Positions 17,138 to 26,259 of a stretch of 64,000 bases of DNA are shown here, in pieces. The DNA comes from Euryarchaeota archaeon UBA58. GTDB lineage: Archaea; Thermoplasmatota; Poseidoniia; Poseidoniales; Thalassarchaeaceae. Position 1 is the stretch's first letter; every line of letters begins with the position of its first letter. The position numbers and the translations under genes are program-made. The stretch is taken from assembly GCA_002498525.1 (NCBI GenBank), contig DAHR01000019.1:39404-103403 (forward strand). The letters are read 5' to 3'. Below the pieces are notes generated by a model that worked only from the letters and a program-made list of their open reading frames with translations, had not been told where the DNA came from and did not search any database.

Positions 17138-17749
17138 TCACATCCTATTGGAAACTACACTCGCGAGTCGGTCTGCAAGTCCGTCAGCCTCTGCACACAT
17201 GTTCTGTGTGTTAATCTGGAATTCAGTAGCTCGATTCCCTATGCTCCCTAGGTTGATTTGTACGTTCAATGCTCCGATTCTGATAGCTGAATGAGCCATG
17301 ATGGAGGCTGCCCCGAGGTCGGTGATTGCATTCGAGTTACAAGTATCTGCAAGAAGAGGTAATAGACGCATGAAATCCAATGCCTCTGATATGATTCTGA
17401 ACGGTGATTCGGTAGCTCCCAAATTGGCTAGATGTATCGATTGTCTTCTGAATTCAATCTCAGATGATGTGCTCTTCGGTAATCGGTAAGATTCCATTAC
17501 TCTGTCAAATGCTTCACAATCCAACCTTGCTAATTCCAACGTTAATTCGAGTTGGCCGTCGGTCTTCTCGAGTAAGGTATTAGCTGCTTGGTGGCCCGTA
17601 AGCCATTTCTCCTTCCCTTCTGTCAACCGTGCAACCATTCGGGCCAGAGAGATAGCATGAGCTAATGATAATGCAGCGACTGCTCCTCCACCAGGAGTAG
17701 GAGTAGACGATGATATTGACTGCAATATCTTCAGATACCCATCATTCAT
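17138..17749 (-). CDS. formimidoyltetrahydrofolate cyclodeaminase (FTCD C-terminal-domain homologue)
   Basis: 'TPTPGGGAVAALSLAHA' signature. ATG 17749 sits 4 nt after the upstream stop. The track start at 17773 would overlap the upstream gene by 20 nt. Confidence 0.8.
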   Translation of the reverse strand: MNDGYLKILQSISSSTPTPGGGAVAALSLAHAISLARMVARLTEGKEKWLTGHQAANTLLEKTDGQLELTLELARLDCEAFDRVMESYRLPKSTSSEIEFRRQSIHLANLGATESPFRIISEALDFMRLLPLLADTCNSNAITDLGAASIMAHSAIRIGALNVQINLGSIGNRATEFQINTQNMCAEADGLADRLASVVSNRM

Positions 17750-17753
17750 GTGT

Positions 17754-18791
17754 TCACCCAAGTTTCCGCTCAATAGCCCATTCGATTATACGACCCTCTG
17801 GGTTGAATTCATCCAAGGTATCCAGACCAAGACCCATAATAGCGGCCTGAACCAGGTCGTCGTCGTCAGCGTCTTCATCGTCCGTGTACCAAGCCCCTGA
17901 ATCTAGAATCGCCTGAAGAGGTACCAAGCCGACTAATTCACTTCCTTTCACAGATACCCCATGATCACCACAGATTGACTCTATCAACTCGAACGCGTGA
18001 TGCATCGGCGTCATACGGTAATCCTGTAGATTCATCGATACCTGACATATTCCATGATTAGGTAATGGAACTGCCATTCCTTGTACTGAGGATAACATAC
18101 CATTGAATCGCAGTTTCTCCCCTCTTGAATTCGTTATTACTCGTCCACTGGTTCGTATTATCGATCCTGCGGCTTTGGATGCAACCGGTACAGGTTCATC
18201 CACATTGACATTGTAAGCAATCAAGACTGGCCGAACGCCAATAGATAAAGCCCCGAACCGTTCTTCGGATTCTCCCCAGACCCCAGACCACGAATCGGGC
18301 ATTCTCGTGGATTCATCAGTCCATTCGCCCCCTGTCAATCTTGATTTCAGTCCCTCATACTGTCCTTTACGGAGATTAGCAAGAGATGCTCGATCTTGGT
18401 TACTGGCAATCAAACCATATTTGTAGATTGTAATAGAGCCTTTGAAATGGTCAGAGACGATGTTTGAAGCCAGGATACAATCTGCTTCGGTTCCCGAACT
18501 GATAGGCACGAAGGGGCAAACGTCTACTGCGCCCATTCGTGGGTGATTACCTGTATGTTGGCGCATATCGATATTCAGCGCCGTGGATTCAATCAATATG
18601 ATAGCTGCTTTTGCCACAGCTAGGTATTCGCCGGCGATTGTGATGACCGTCCGATTGTAGTCAGGATCAGGTTCTGCGCCAAGAACTGCAACGCCTTCTA
18701 GTTCGGAAATCGAGGATACTATGGTATCGACGATGGATAGATCCTGACCCTCACTTATATTGGGAACACATTCAATCCAGCGCGGAGCCAT
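17754..18791 (-). CDS. glutamate formimidoyltransferase (FTCD N-terminal-domain homologue)
   Basis: 'IECVPNISEGQD' N-terminal signature. ATG 18791 preferred over the TTG at 18806. Confidence 0.85.
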   Translation of the reverse strand: MAPRWIECVPNISEGQDLSIVDTIVSSISELEGVAVLGAEPDPDYNRTVITIAGEYLAVAKAAIILIESTALNIDMRQHTGNHPRMGAVDVCPFVPISSGTEADCILASNIVSDHFKGSITIYKYGLIASNQDRASLANLRKGQYEGLKSRLTGGEWTDESTRMPDSWSGVWGESEERFGALSIGVRPVLIAYNVNVDEPVPVASKAAGSIIRTSGRVITNSRGEKLRFNGMLSSVQGMAVPLPNHGICQVSMNLQDYRMTPMHHAFELIESICGDHGVSVKGSELVGLVPLQAILDSGAWYTDDEDADDDDLVQAAIMGLGLDTLDEFNPEGRIIEWAIERKLG

Positions 18792-18830
18792 CAGCGTTTG
18801 CCACAATCGGGTTGCTGATGAGCATTATGT

Positions 18831-20063
18831 TCATCCATACAGTGCTTCGGGGACACCATAGAGTGGATCTTTCCTATTCTTGACTATTCTGGAATGGCCA
18901 GCACTGAGATGTTTCAATTCTACTTTGTTGGCTCCGGCTTCAATGGCCGCCATCCCTGATTCTATAATTAGAGCCTTCAATTCGGCGCCAGTGAACCCTT
19001 CAGTCTTCCGAGCGAAACCTGCTAAATCAATTTTCGAATCAAGTGGTACATCTTTAGTCAAAATAGCCAAAATGTGGGTGCGTCCGGCTAAATCAGGTAG
19101 ACCCACGTCGATGACACGATCGAATCTTCCTGGCCTCAGTAGAGCTCTATCGAGCAGTTCCGGCCGATTTGTCGCCGCTATGATTTTGACATTCTCTAAA
19201 GAATTGAAGCCATCCATTTCGGCCAGCAATTGCATCAGAGTGCGTTGAACCTCTCTATCACCTGATGTCGAGGAGTCAAGTCGCTTGGATCCGATGGCAT
19301 CTATTTCATCGATGAAAATTATTGCAGGCGCCCTCTGACGGGCGAGATCGAACAATTCCCTTACCAATCGACCGCCTTCTCCAATGTATTTCTGTGCTAA
19401 TTCTGACCCTACCATTCCAAGAAATGTGGCTGATGTAGAGTTGGCGACGGCTTTCGCCAACATGGTTTTTCCAGTACCTGGCGGGCCAGTCAGAAGAACT
19501 CCTTTAGGGGGTTCAATACCCATTTTCTTGAAAGCCTCGGGATTTAGAAGTGGTAGTTCGACAGATTGTATCAAATCCTTGATCTGCTGATCAACCCCTC
19601 CGATGTCGGCGTAAGTCACAATGGGTTTTTCGATTACTTCTGATGCAACAACAAGTGGATCCCAAGAATCAACAAGAACATCGATGATTGATAAGGTGTC
19701 TTGGTTCAATGAGACTCGGGCACCGGCTACGAGGAGCTCTGGATCTATCCTCTTGTTGACTGAAACCAAGAATACTGTACCATTCGAACTCCGTACTATG
19801 ACATCATCTCCAGATACATCCTGAATATTGCCTACAACCAACGGTGGTGTTTTCAAATTGCGAATTTCTTCATCTAGACGATTTGCTTTCTTCTTCAATT
19901 GATTGCATTCGTTCTCCAGAAACAGTTTTTCAGTCAGCATCTGTTGAGCCGTATTATTCAATTCGTTAAATTGTCGTTGTAAAGAGTCCAATGAAACCAA
20001 TGTCGTCGACTTTTTCCCTACCCTACCTTGGTCGGCTGGGCCTTCGGCTTGTGAATCACTCAT
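18831..20063 (-). CDS. pan: proteasome-activating nucleotidase PAN (AAA+)
   Basis: N-terminal coiled coil, Walker A 'GPPGTGKTMLAKAVA', 'IIFIDEID', and a C-terminal HbYX-type 'LYG'. Confidence 0.95.
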   Translation of the reverse strand: MSDSQAEGPADQGRVGKKSTTLVSLDSLQRQFNELNNTAQQMLTEKLFLENECNQLKKKANRLDEEIRNLKTPPLVVGNIQDVSGDDVIVRSSNGTVFLVSVNKRIDPELLVAGARVSLNQDTLSIIDVLVDSWDPLVVASEVIEKPIVTYADIGGVDQQIKDLIQSVELPLLNPEAFKKMGIEPPKGVLLTGPPGTGKTMLAKAVANSTSATFLGMVGSELAQKYIGEGGRLVRELFDLARQRAPAIIFIDEIDAIGSKRLDSSTSGDREVQRTLMQLLAEMDGFNSLENVKIIAATNRPELLDRALLRPGRFDRVIDVGLPDLAGRTHILAILTKDVPLDSKIDLAGFARKTEGFTGAELKALIIESGMAAIEAGANKVELKHLSAGHSRIVKNRKDPLYGVPEALYG

Positions 20064-20138
20064 ACAGATTCGCCATAACTCCGATTGATTTCACACTTGT
20101 GGCCCGAAGACATGATGGCAAGGGATGTGTTCGGTGAT

Positions 20139-20639
20139 ATGATGGGCACTTGTGAGTTGTGTGGCACCGACAAAGTAGTTGTGAATCGTGCTAAAGCATC
20201 AGGTGCAGTTGTTGACGTTTGCAGGAGATGTATAGATCGGTTAGGATTGACAACCCTGACTCCGATCAAATCCACCGATTCAAGACAAATTTTTACTTCA
20301 AACAATCCTAAACCGAATCGTCCGGGTCGCGATATCATGGCTAAGAATGAGAAGGAGCTCGCTCTTGATTTCGGTCAGAGAATCCGTTCAGCTCGCGAGA
20401 AACGTGACTGGGACCAACGTGAATTTGCTCGTAGAATGAATGAACGACTGAATAGCGTGCAACGTGTTGAGAATGGCAATCGTCCATCGGACGCCTTAAT
20501 CAAAAAAATCGAGAAGGTTTTGAGCATCGAATTATTCATCGATGTACAGGTCAATGAAACACGTCAAGTGACTGGCACTGGATTCAGATCCATGACAATA
20601 GGCGATCTTTACGACGATCTGTTGTCTCGGAGGGACTGA
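20139..20639 (+). CDS. archaeal multiprotein-bridging factor 1 (aMBF1): zinc ribbon plus Cro/C1 HTH
   Basis: 'CELCGTDKVV...CRRCIDRLG' and HTH 'FGQRIRSAREKRDWDQREFARRMNERLNSVQRVENG'. The start is chosen at the MMGTCELCG methionines. The track start is 20085. Confidence 0.8.
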   Translation: MMGTCELCGTDKVVVNRAKASGAVVDVCRRCIDRLGLTTLTPIKSTDSRQIFTSNNPKPNRPGRDIMAKNEKELALDFGQRIRSAREKRDWDQREFARRMNERLNSVQRVENGNRPSDALIKKIEKVLSIELFIDVQVNETRQVTGTGFRSMTIGDLYDDLLSRRD

Positions 20640-20640
20640 G

Positions 20641-21189
20641 TTGGAAGACATTCCTCTTCACGTAATTCACCTCAGTCAGGATGATCCACAGAAGTGTACC
20701 TCCAGAAAAATGGCACGGCATGGTTTGACTGAACTACATCACGATATTCGTCATACGCCCAGGAGGGGTATTCTGCTGAATCCACTCAGTGGTCGAATTC
20801 TAGGTCCTGATGATGCTGGTGAATTCTCAAGGGGTGGATGTTTGGTAGGTCTCGATTGTTCATGGAAACAGTTGGAGGATTCGGTCAAATTTCTTAATAA
20901 CAAAACAAGATTGAAAGGGAGAACACTACCGATTGTTCTCGCCGCTAATCCGGTATCTTGGGGAAAACCCGGGAGATTATCAAATGTTGAGGCTTTCGCC
21001 ACCTCATTATTCGTCCTAGGCCATTTCAAGCAAGCCCGACAAGTACTACGCCCATTCAAATTTGGTGAACAATTCTTCACATTGAACAAGGAGCCTCTGG
21101 AAGCATATTCTGGTGCAGAAACCAACCAGCAACTTGCTGATTTACAATGGGAATTCTTCGACAAGCCAGAGGACTCACCGAACGATTGA
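20641..21189 (+). CDS. tsr3: 16S rRNA aminocarboxypropyltransferase Tsr3
   Basis: 'DDPQKCTSRKMARHG', 'GLDCSW', 'LAANPVSWGKPGRLSNVEAFATSL'. TTG start immediately after the aMBF1 stop. Confidence 0.85.
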   Translation: MEDIPLHVIHLSQDDPQKCTSRKMARHGLTELHHDIRHTPRRGILLNPLSGRILGPDDAGEFSRGGCLVGLDCSWKQLEDSVKFLNNKTRLKGRTLPIVLAANPVSWGKPGRLSNVEAFATSLFVLGHFKQARQVLRPFKFGEQFFTLNKEPLEAYSGAETNQQLADLQWEFFDKPEDSPND

Positions 21190-23346
21190 CCCCGGTGCTA
21201 GATCGCCGTCAGGTGTCAATAATCTGACATTTCCTTCCGAGTCCTCAGCTGCCAACATCATCCCTTCTGATACAACGCCTCGTAGTTTCCTAGGTTTGAG
21301 ATTCGCTACAAAGATGATTGACATCCCAATCAGTTCCTCAATATTATAGAATTTCTTCAATCCCGCGCACACTGTTCTTTTAGAATTCGGACCGTCTTCT
21401 ATCTGAACTACATACAACGTATCAGCATCGGGATGGTTCTCTACTGACAGAATTCGACCGATTTTCATCTCCACCTTCAGAAAATCTTCGAAGTCGATGT
21501 ACTTCCCTCCGCCTGCAGCGTCAGGTATTCCCTTGTTATCGCCTTCGGTGTTTGATTCAGCAATGGATTTCTCGTTCATCAGTATTTCATCGAGATCCAG
21601 ACGGGAGAATAATGGAGACGGGAGTGAAGGGTTCCATTCAAGTGCTGAATCGAAAGAATTAGCTGTATCCCAGAGGGTCTCGTCTATTCGACCTTGTTCT
21701 CCGAGCATCTGCCAGAGCCGTTTTGCTTGAAATGGCATGAATGGCTGGGTCAGAATCGCTAGAGTTCGACATGCTCTCCAGCAAGCCGCGAGGGCACTAA
21801 GTGAAGCGTCCCGCTCCTTGGATTCGGGCTTATCGAGATACTTCCAAGGTTCTGCTTTCTGTAGAAACGAATTACCGCTCTGAGCTACATTCATCACACT
21901 CCGCAGAGACTCCTTGAATCTCTGTCTCTCCATCGAATCCATTGCGGCTTGGATATTTGCATCTATGGATGAGAAGAAATCTGAGTGTTGATCTGGTTGA
22001 TCAAAATGTTTGAGGGGATTTGATCCACCATTTTCCAAACGATGAGTAAGGGTCATCACCCGATGGACAAAATTCCCATAGGTTCCGATGAGTTCGTTGT
22101 TGACTTTTTCGACGAAATCTCGCCATCTAAATTCAGTGTCATGACCCTCGGGCATATTGATGGTGAGATAATATCGAAGTGAATCGGGATCATGATTTTC
22201 AAGAAATGCCGGCAACCAGATTCCATGCTTGCGACTTTTACTGAATTGACCCCCTTGAAGCATCAAGAATTCATTCGCTGCAACATTGTCCTCGAGGTGT
22301 AATTGGTCGGAACCACTTGAATTCAGTCCCATCAGAATCGCTGGCCATATAATAGTATGAAACGGGATATTGTCCTTACCCATGAAGTAAATATGCTTCA
22401 ATGAAGATTCACTAGAGTCGATCCACCAGTTCTTCCATGCATCATCACCCATAGAATGGCCAGCTTGAGACGCGAACCGTTCAGACCAGATTCTGGCACA
22501 TGTGTAGTATCCTTGCACCGCTTCGAACCAAACATAGATTCTCTTCGAATCCCAATCGTCCCCGGTATTTGGTAACTTGATTCCCCATTCCATATCCCTA
22601 GTGACAGCTCTAGGACGTAAACCCATATCCAGCCAATTTTTTGTCATTGCCCGGACATTGGGTTTCCAAATCTTTCTCCTTGAATCTGCATGAATTGAAA
22701 GATCATTTTGAAACATATCCAAACGATAGAAATAGTGTTCTGAATCTCTGACTTCTATATTGGAATCTGACTCTATTTTCGATTGTGGCGACAATAGCTC
22801 ATTAGCCTCATACGTCCCTCCACACTCATCACATTGATCGCCCCTAGCACCATCTTCACCGCATAAGGGACAAATTCCAACAACATACCTATCGGGAAGG
22901 AATTTGACTGAACCATCATCCCCAACCGCGCAGTATTGTTGCATCATCTTCTTTTCCAGAAGTCCAGATTCAAGTAATTTAATGAATAACTTTCCAACTA
23001 ATTCCTTGTGCCTCGGATCAGTAGTCCGATTGTAGAGTGCGCCGCCAAATTCAACCCCTCTGGAATCTAAATTGTTGTGCCAAGAACAACCAAGATTCTC
23101 CAATGACCGGATATTGCTCTCATGGAACTCATCAACAATCGTTTGAGGATGAACACCCAATTCTTCAGCCGTCACGGTGATTGGGGTGCCGTGTTCATCC
23201 GAGCCACTACACATCAAAACTGCTCGACCACGGGCCCTTTCGTACTTGTATTGAATATCCGCAGGAAGACAATTTCCTGCAACATGACCTAGGTGCAAAG
23301 GGCCATTGACATAAGGCCAAGCCATGAAAATCGTCACGTATTCCAT
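21175..23346 (-). CDS. metG: methionyl-tRNA synthetase with C-terminal tRNA-binding (Trbp111/EMAP-like) domain
   Basis: 'PYVNGPLHLGHVAG' (HIGH), 'QFSKSRK' (KMSKS variant), zinc knuckles 'CPLCGEDG...CDECG', and C-terminal 'GRILSVENHPDADTLYVVQIEDG'. Start at MEYVTIF (23346). Confidence 0.95.
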   Translation of the reverse strand: MEYVTIFMAWPYVNGPLHLGHVAGNCLPADIQYKYERARGRAVLMCSGSDEHGTPITVTAEELGVHPQTIVDEFHESNIRSLENLGCSWHNNLDSRGVEFGGALYNRTTDPRHKELVGKLFIKLLESGLLEKKMMQQYCAVGDDGSVKFLPDRYVVGICPLCGEDGARGDQCDECGGTYEANELLSPQSKIESDSNIEVRDSEHYFYRLDMFQNDLSIHADSRRKIWKPNVRAMTKNWLDMGLRPRAVTRDMEWGIKLPNTGDDWDSKRIYVWFEAVQGYYTCARIWSERFASQAGHSMGDDAWKNWWIDSSESSLKHIYFMGKDNIPFHTIIWPAILMGLNSSGSDQLHLEDNVAANEFLMLQGGQFSKSRKHGIWLPAFLENHDPDSLRYYLTINMPEGHDTEFRWRDFVEKVNNELIGTYGNFVHRVMTLTHRLENGGSNPLKHFDQPDQHSDFFSSIDANIQAAMDSMERQRFKESLRSVMNVAQSGNSFLQKAEPWKYLDKPESKERDASLSALAACWRACRTLAILTQPFMPFQAKRLWQMLGEQGRIDETLWDTANSFDSALEWNPSLPSPLFSRLDLDEILMNEKSIAESNTEGDNKGIPDAAGGGKYIDFEDFLKVEMKIGRILSVENHPDADTLYVVQIEDGPNSKRTVCAGLKKFYNIEELIGMSIIFVANLKPRKLRGVVSEGMMLAAEDSEGNVRLLTPDGDLAPGSIVR

Positions 23347-23519
23347 GCTCACACCCAGAATTGGCTCTTCTCCAACAAGGAATCTGTGAGACAGCCACGT
23401 ATTTATGTCTGCGTCGCTTCCACACACTCCGGAGCACGAATAATCGTGAAATTGCCCAGTGCCTTATTCTCAGTGAAGAGAACTGTGGATTCAGAGGTGA
23501 ATCGTTCTTGAATCCATGG

Positions 23520-24569
23520 ATGCCAATCATAGCATACGCTGCTCTGGCCCTAGTAGTATCGTTCCTCTGCAGTATTCTTGAAGCCGTTCTCCTCTCAACG
23601 AGTAGAAGTCATATCGTTGCATTAGCAGACACACATCCCGAGATCAGCGCTTCGTGGGTTGGATACAAGAACGACCCTGAACGCCCCCTTACTGCCATCC
23701 TGACCTTGAACACCGTAGCCCACACTGTCGGCGCATTAGGTGTAGGTACTCAGGTCGAATCACTGAATCCTGGCCAATATGGCGTTGCCATCGCTTCGGC
23801 TATTCTGACACTGGGAATTCTTCTCCTTTCGGAAATTCTTCCAAAGACTCTCGGCACCTTGTATTGGAGGAATATGACTATTTCTTCTTGCCGAATCTTG
23901 GCGATTCTGATTGTTCTTATGATGCCCATCGTGAAACCGATAGAATGGATCCGATCATTTCTTCCTGCAGGCCAGAACGATACCGTCACACGTGATGAAT
24001 TGGTCGTACTGGCAGATATCGCAGAAGAGTCCGACATGATTGACGAAGACGAAGAAACCGTCATCAAGAATCTCCTGAGATTGAGAGATATCGAAATTCA
24101 ATCGATAATGACTCCCAGAGTTGTTGTAACCAGTGTCGGAGCAGAGGAAACTGTCGCTGATGTAATGGAACGACTCCCGATAATGGTTCACGGACGGATG
24201 CCTATGTATGAGCGGGATATCGATAAAATCAGTGGCTTGGTGCTGAGAAATGAAATCCTCACTCGGGCTGCGGCAGATGATTTCGACACAACGATGTCGG
24301 ATATCAGTAGAAATGTGCATTATTGTCGACACGATGATTCTGTGGATAACGCACTAGATATTCTGTTGGAAAATAAAATTCAGTTAATTGTGGTCAAAGA
24401 TCAATTCGGTGGCACCGTGGGTCTGGTTACGATGGAAGACGTGATCGAGACTTTACTCGGAGTTGAAATCGTTGATGAATCAGACCAAGAGGCCATCGAA
24501 GAAGGCGTGTTGCATGAGGACATGAGAGAACTGGCTAAGATTCGCTACGCTGATGATGAATCAGAGTGA
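23520..24569 (+). CDS. CNNM/DUF21 transmembrane domain plus CBS-pair protein (HlyC/CorC-family transporter-like)
   Basis: N-terminal TM region 'IIAYAALALVVSFLCSILEAVLLS' and CBS region 'IQSIMTPRVVVTSV'. Start moved to ATG 23520. Confidence 0.8.
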   Translation: MPIIAYAALALVVSFLCSILEAVLLSTSRSHIVALADTHPEISASWVGYKNDPERPLTAILTLNTVAHTVGALGVGTQVESLNPGQYGVAIASAILTLGILLLSEILPKTLGTLYWRNMTISSCRILAILIVLMMPIVKPIEWIRSFLPAGQNDTVTRDELVVLADIAEESDMIDEDEETVIKNLLRLRDIEIQSIMTPRVVVTSVGAEETVADVMERLPIMVHGRMPMYERDIDKISGLVLRNEILTRAAADDFDTTMSDISRNVHYCRHDDSVDNALDILLENKIQLIVVKDQFGGTVGLVTMEDVIETLLGVEIVDESDQEAIEEGVLHEDMRELAKIRYADDESE

Positions 24570-24572
24570 GTC

Positions 24573-25361
24573 TCAGTCCTTCGTTTCCTCATCCGCCAAC
24601 CATCCTTTGGACTCGGTGAAATCACCGATGGCTTCCAAGCGCTTCAACCAGCCCTTGGCTTCTGTCGATTTCACTGTTCGAACCAACCAAACTCCTCCAA
24701 ACACAGAATCCCACAATCCTTGACCGGATTCTTTTCGGAGTTTGTACATCGTGTAATCAAGAAGAGGCGGAATCAACAGGATGAGCCCCCCCGCGTAGAG
24801 TATCTGGCCACTGGTACTTGTGGGAAAACCACCAGAGGTCAATGTCAGCAGAGTCATCAAACCCAGAATGACGAAAACTGTCGTCAACCCTTTCAAGCTC
24901 ATGTAAACCCAAATTGGGGCTTGACCACGACTGTTGACATAGCGTGTTCGACTGATCCAGTTGCCCACTGATCGGTTGCCTGCATATCTAGGCATGAAAT
25001 ACAGATTGAAGATGATTAAAGCCAAACCAAGCATAACGAATGGTGTTGGATTGAAATTAGATCCCCAGGCGGTTATTGCCAGCATCGGTACAGACCAGCC
25101 ATAACTGACTGCAAAATCACATACACGACGAGTAATTCTCTGTCCCGTTGTCGCCACTTCGAAACCATCAGGTAATGTTTTCTGTTCTCTCGGAGCCTTT
25201 GCTTTTTTTCTTTTGGTCCGTCTAGCCTTCTTCTCTTTCTTCAAAGTCTTCTTGGGTTCTTTGATTGGGTCGGGTTCTGAGACGGGTTTCGGCGTCTTCA
25301 AAACCAACGTCTTCGGTCCCTCTTCAGTCTGGATGTTGCTGGCTTTTTCTAGAAGACCCAT
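24573..25361 (-). CDS. RDD-family-like membrane protein with Lys-rich N-terminal tail
   Basis: 'GQRITRRVCDFAVSYGW' and 'NRSVGNWISRTRYVNSRGQAP' resemble the RDD-domain pattern. Multiple TM helices. Begins 4 nt after the upstream gene ends. Confidence 0.5.
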   Translation of the reverse strand: MGLLEKASNIQTEEGPKTLVLKTPKPVSEPDPIKEPKKTLKKEKKARRTKRKKAKAPREQKTLPDGFEVATTGQRITRRVCDFAVSYGWSVPMLAITAWGSNFNPTPFVMLGLALIIFNLYFMPRYAGNRSVGNWISRTRYVNSRGQAPIWVYMSLKGLTTVFVILGLMTLLTLTSGGFPTSTSGQILYAGGLILLIPPLLDYTMYKLRKESGQGLWDSVFGGVWLVRTVKSTEAKGWLKRLEAIGDFTESKGWLADEETKD

Positions 25362-25365
25362 TCAA

Positions 25366-26214
25366 TCACGCTCCGTAAATCTGTCCCATTCGTTGAAAGA
25401 GGGCGAAATCGGGGGATGCAACGAACTCATCGATTTTTTCTTCAGGTAATTCCCCCAGGACTTTGTTGATCATGTGGAAGAATACACTCTGCGTTTCTTC
25501 GTTGGCTGCATTCGGATCAGAACCGACATTCTGAAACAATTGAAATTCATCAGATTCGACGAAGCTGTTGATGAAGTCATCTGGCATGCCGCCTAACAAT
25601 TCGTTGACCACACTGAAGAATTCGACAAACTCTCCAGATTCATTGTCAAACTCTTCTCCCCTCTCACTATCCTCTTTAGATTCAGACTCTGATTCGGAAT
25701 CCTCCTCATATTCTTCTTCATATTCTTCGGATGGTGGCGATATCAACTCGACTACAGGCTTGATATCCCTCATGTCCTGCTGTTGCTTTTTCCTGAGGAC
25801 AATTATCTCTCTATCGAGCTCAGAACCGAATCTGTCCGAGAATCGATCGAGCAATGTACCGACTTCACCAATGGCGATCCGGTCGATATGGCCGTACATT
25901 CTGTCACGGTTATCCGAATCCAATCGTGGATTTTCCTGCTTTCTTCGGTTCCAGGAACTAAGGAAATCCGTAGATGAATCATCACCCGAAAGGTCGGTGG
26001 AAACGATTGCTCTTCCCTCTTCCATTTCGATTCCAGGAGGAAGTGGGGGAGATGACAAAGGAGGGATTTCTGGAGCTTCCAGAGAGATTCCAGGTGGAGG
26101 AGGGGGGAGAGGCATGTTCAGGCCAACGGGCAAGGGTGGTGTTGGGAAGTCTTCCAACGCCTCATCGTCTTCATCCGTCATTGGCATACGTCCCTTAAGG
26201 CGCCTTCCAATCAC
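25366..26214 (-). CDS. hypothetical acidic protein: Pro-rich N-terminus, Glu/Ser low-complexity linker, two ~35-aa C-terminal repeats
   Basis: 282-aa ORF. The repeats 'FFSVVNELLGGMPDDFINSFVESDEFQLFQNVG' and 'FFHMINKVLGELPEEKIDEFVASPDFALFQRMG' were read directly. Confidence 0.55.
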   Translation of the reverse strand: MIGRRLKGRMPMTDEDDEALEDFPTPPLPVGLNMPLPPPPPGISLEAPEIPPLSSPPLPPGIEMEEGRAIVSTDLSGDDSSTDFLSSWNRRKQENPRLDSDNRDRMYGHIDRIAIGEVGTLLDRFSDRFGSELDREIIVLRKKQQQDMRDIKPVVELISPPSEEYEEEYEEDSESESESKEDSERGEEFDNESGEFVEFFSVVNELLGGMPDDFINSFVESDEFQLFQNVGSDPNAANEETQSVFFHMINKVLGELPEEKIDEFVASPDFALFQRMGQIYGA

Positions 26215-26259
26215 CTACACTATTCAACATTCTGTGGAAGAGCGTGAATAAGACGTCAC

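Noticed and set aside
25568-26251. 227-aa Ser-rich ORF antisense to the acidic repeat protein
   Set aside because: It is the mirror image of a Glu/Asp-rich coding frame (GAx read as xTC gives Ser/Leu). The flanking genes are all on the minus strand.
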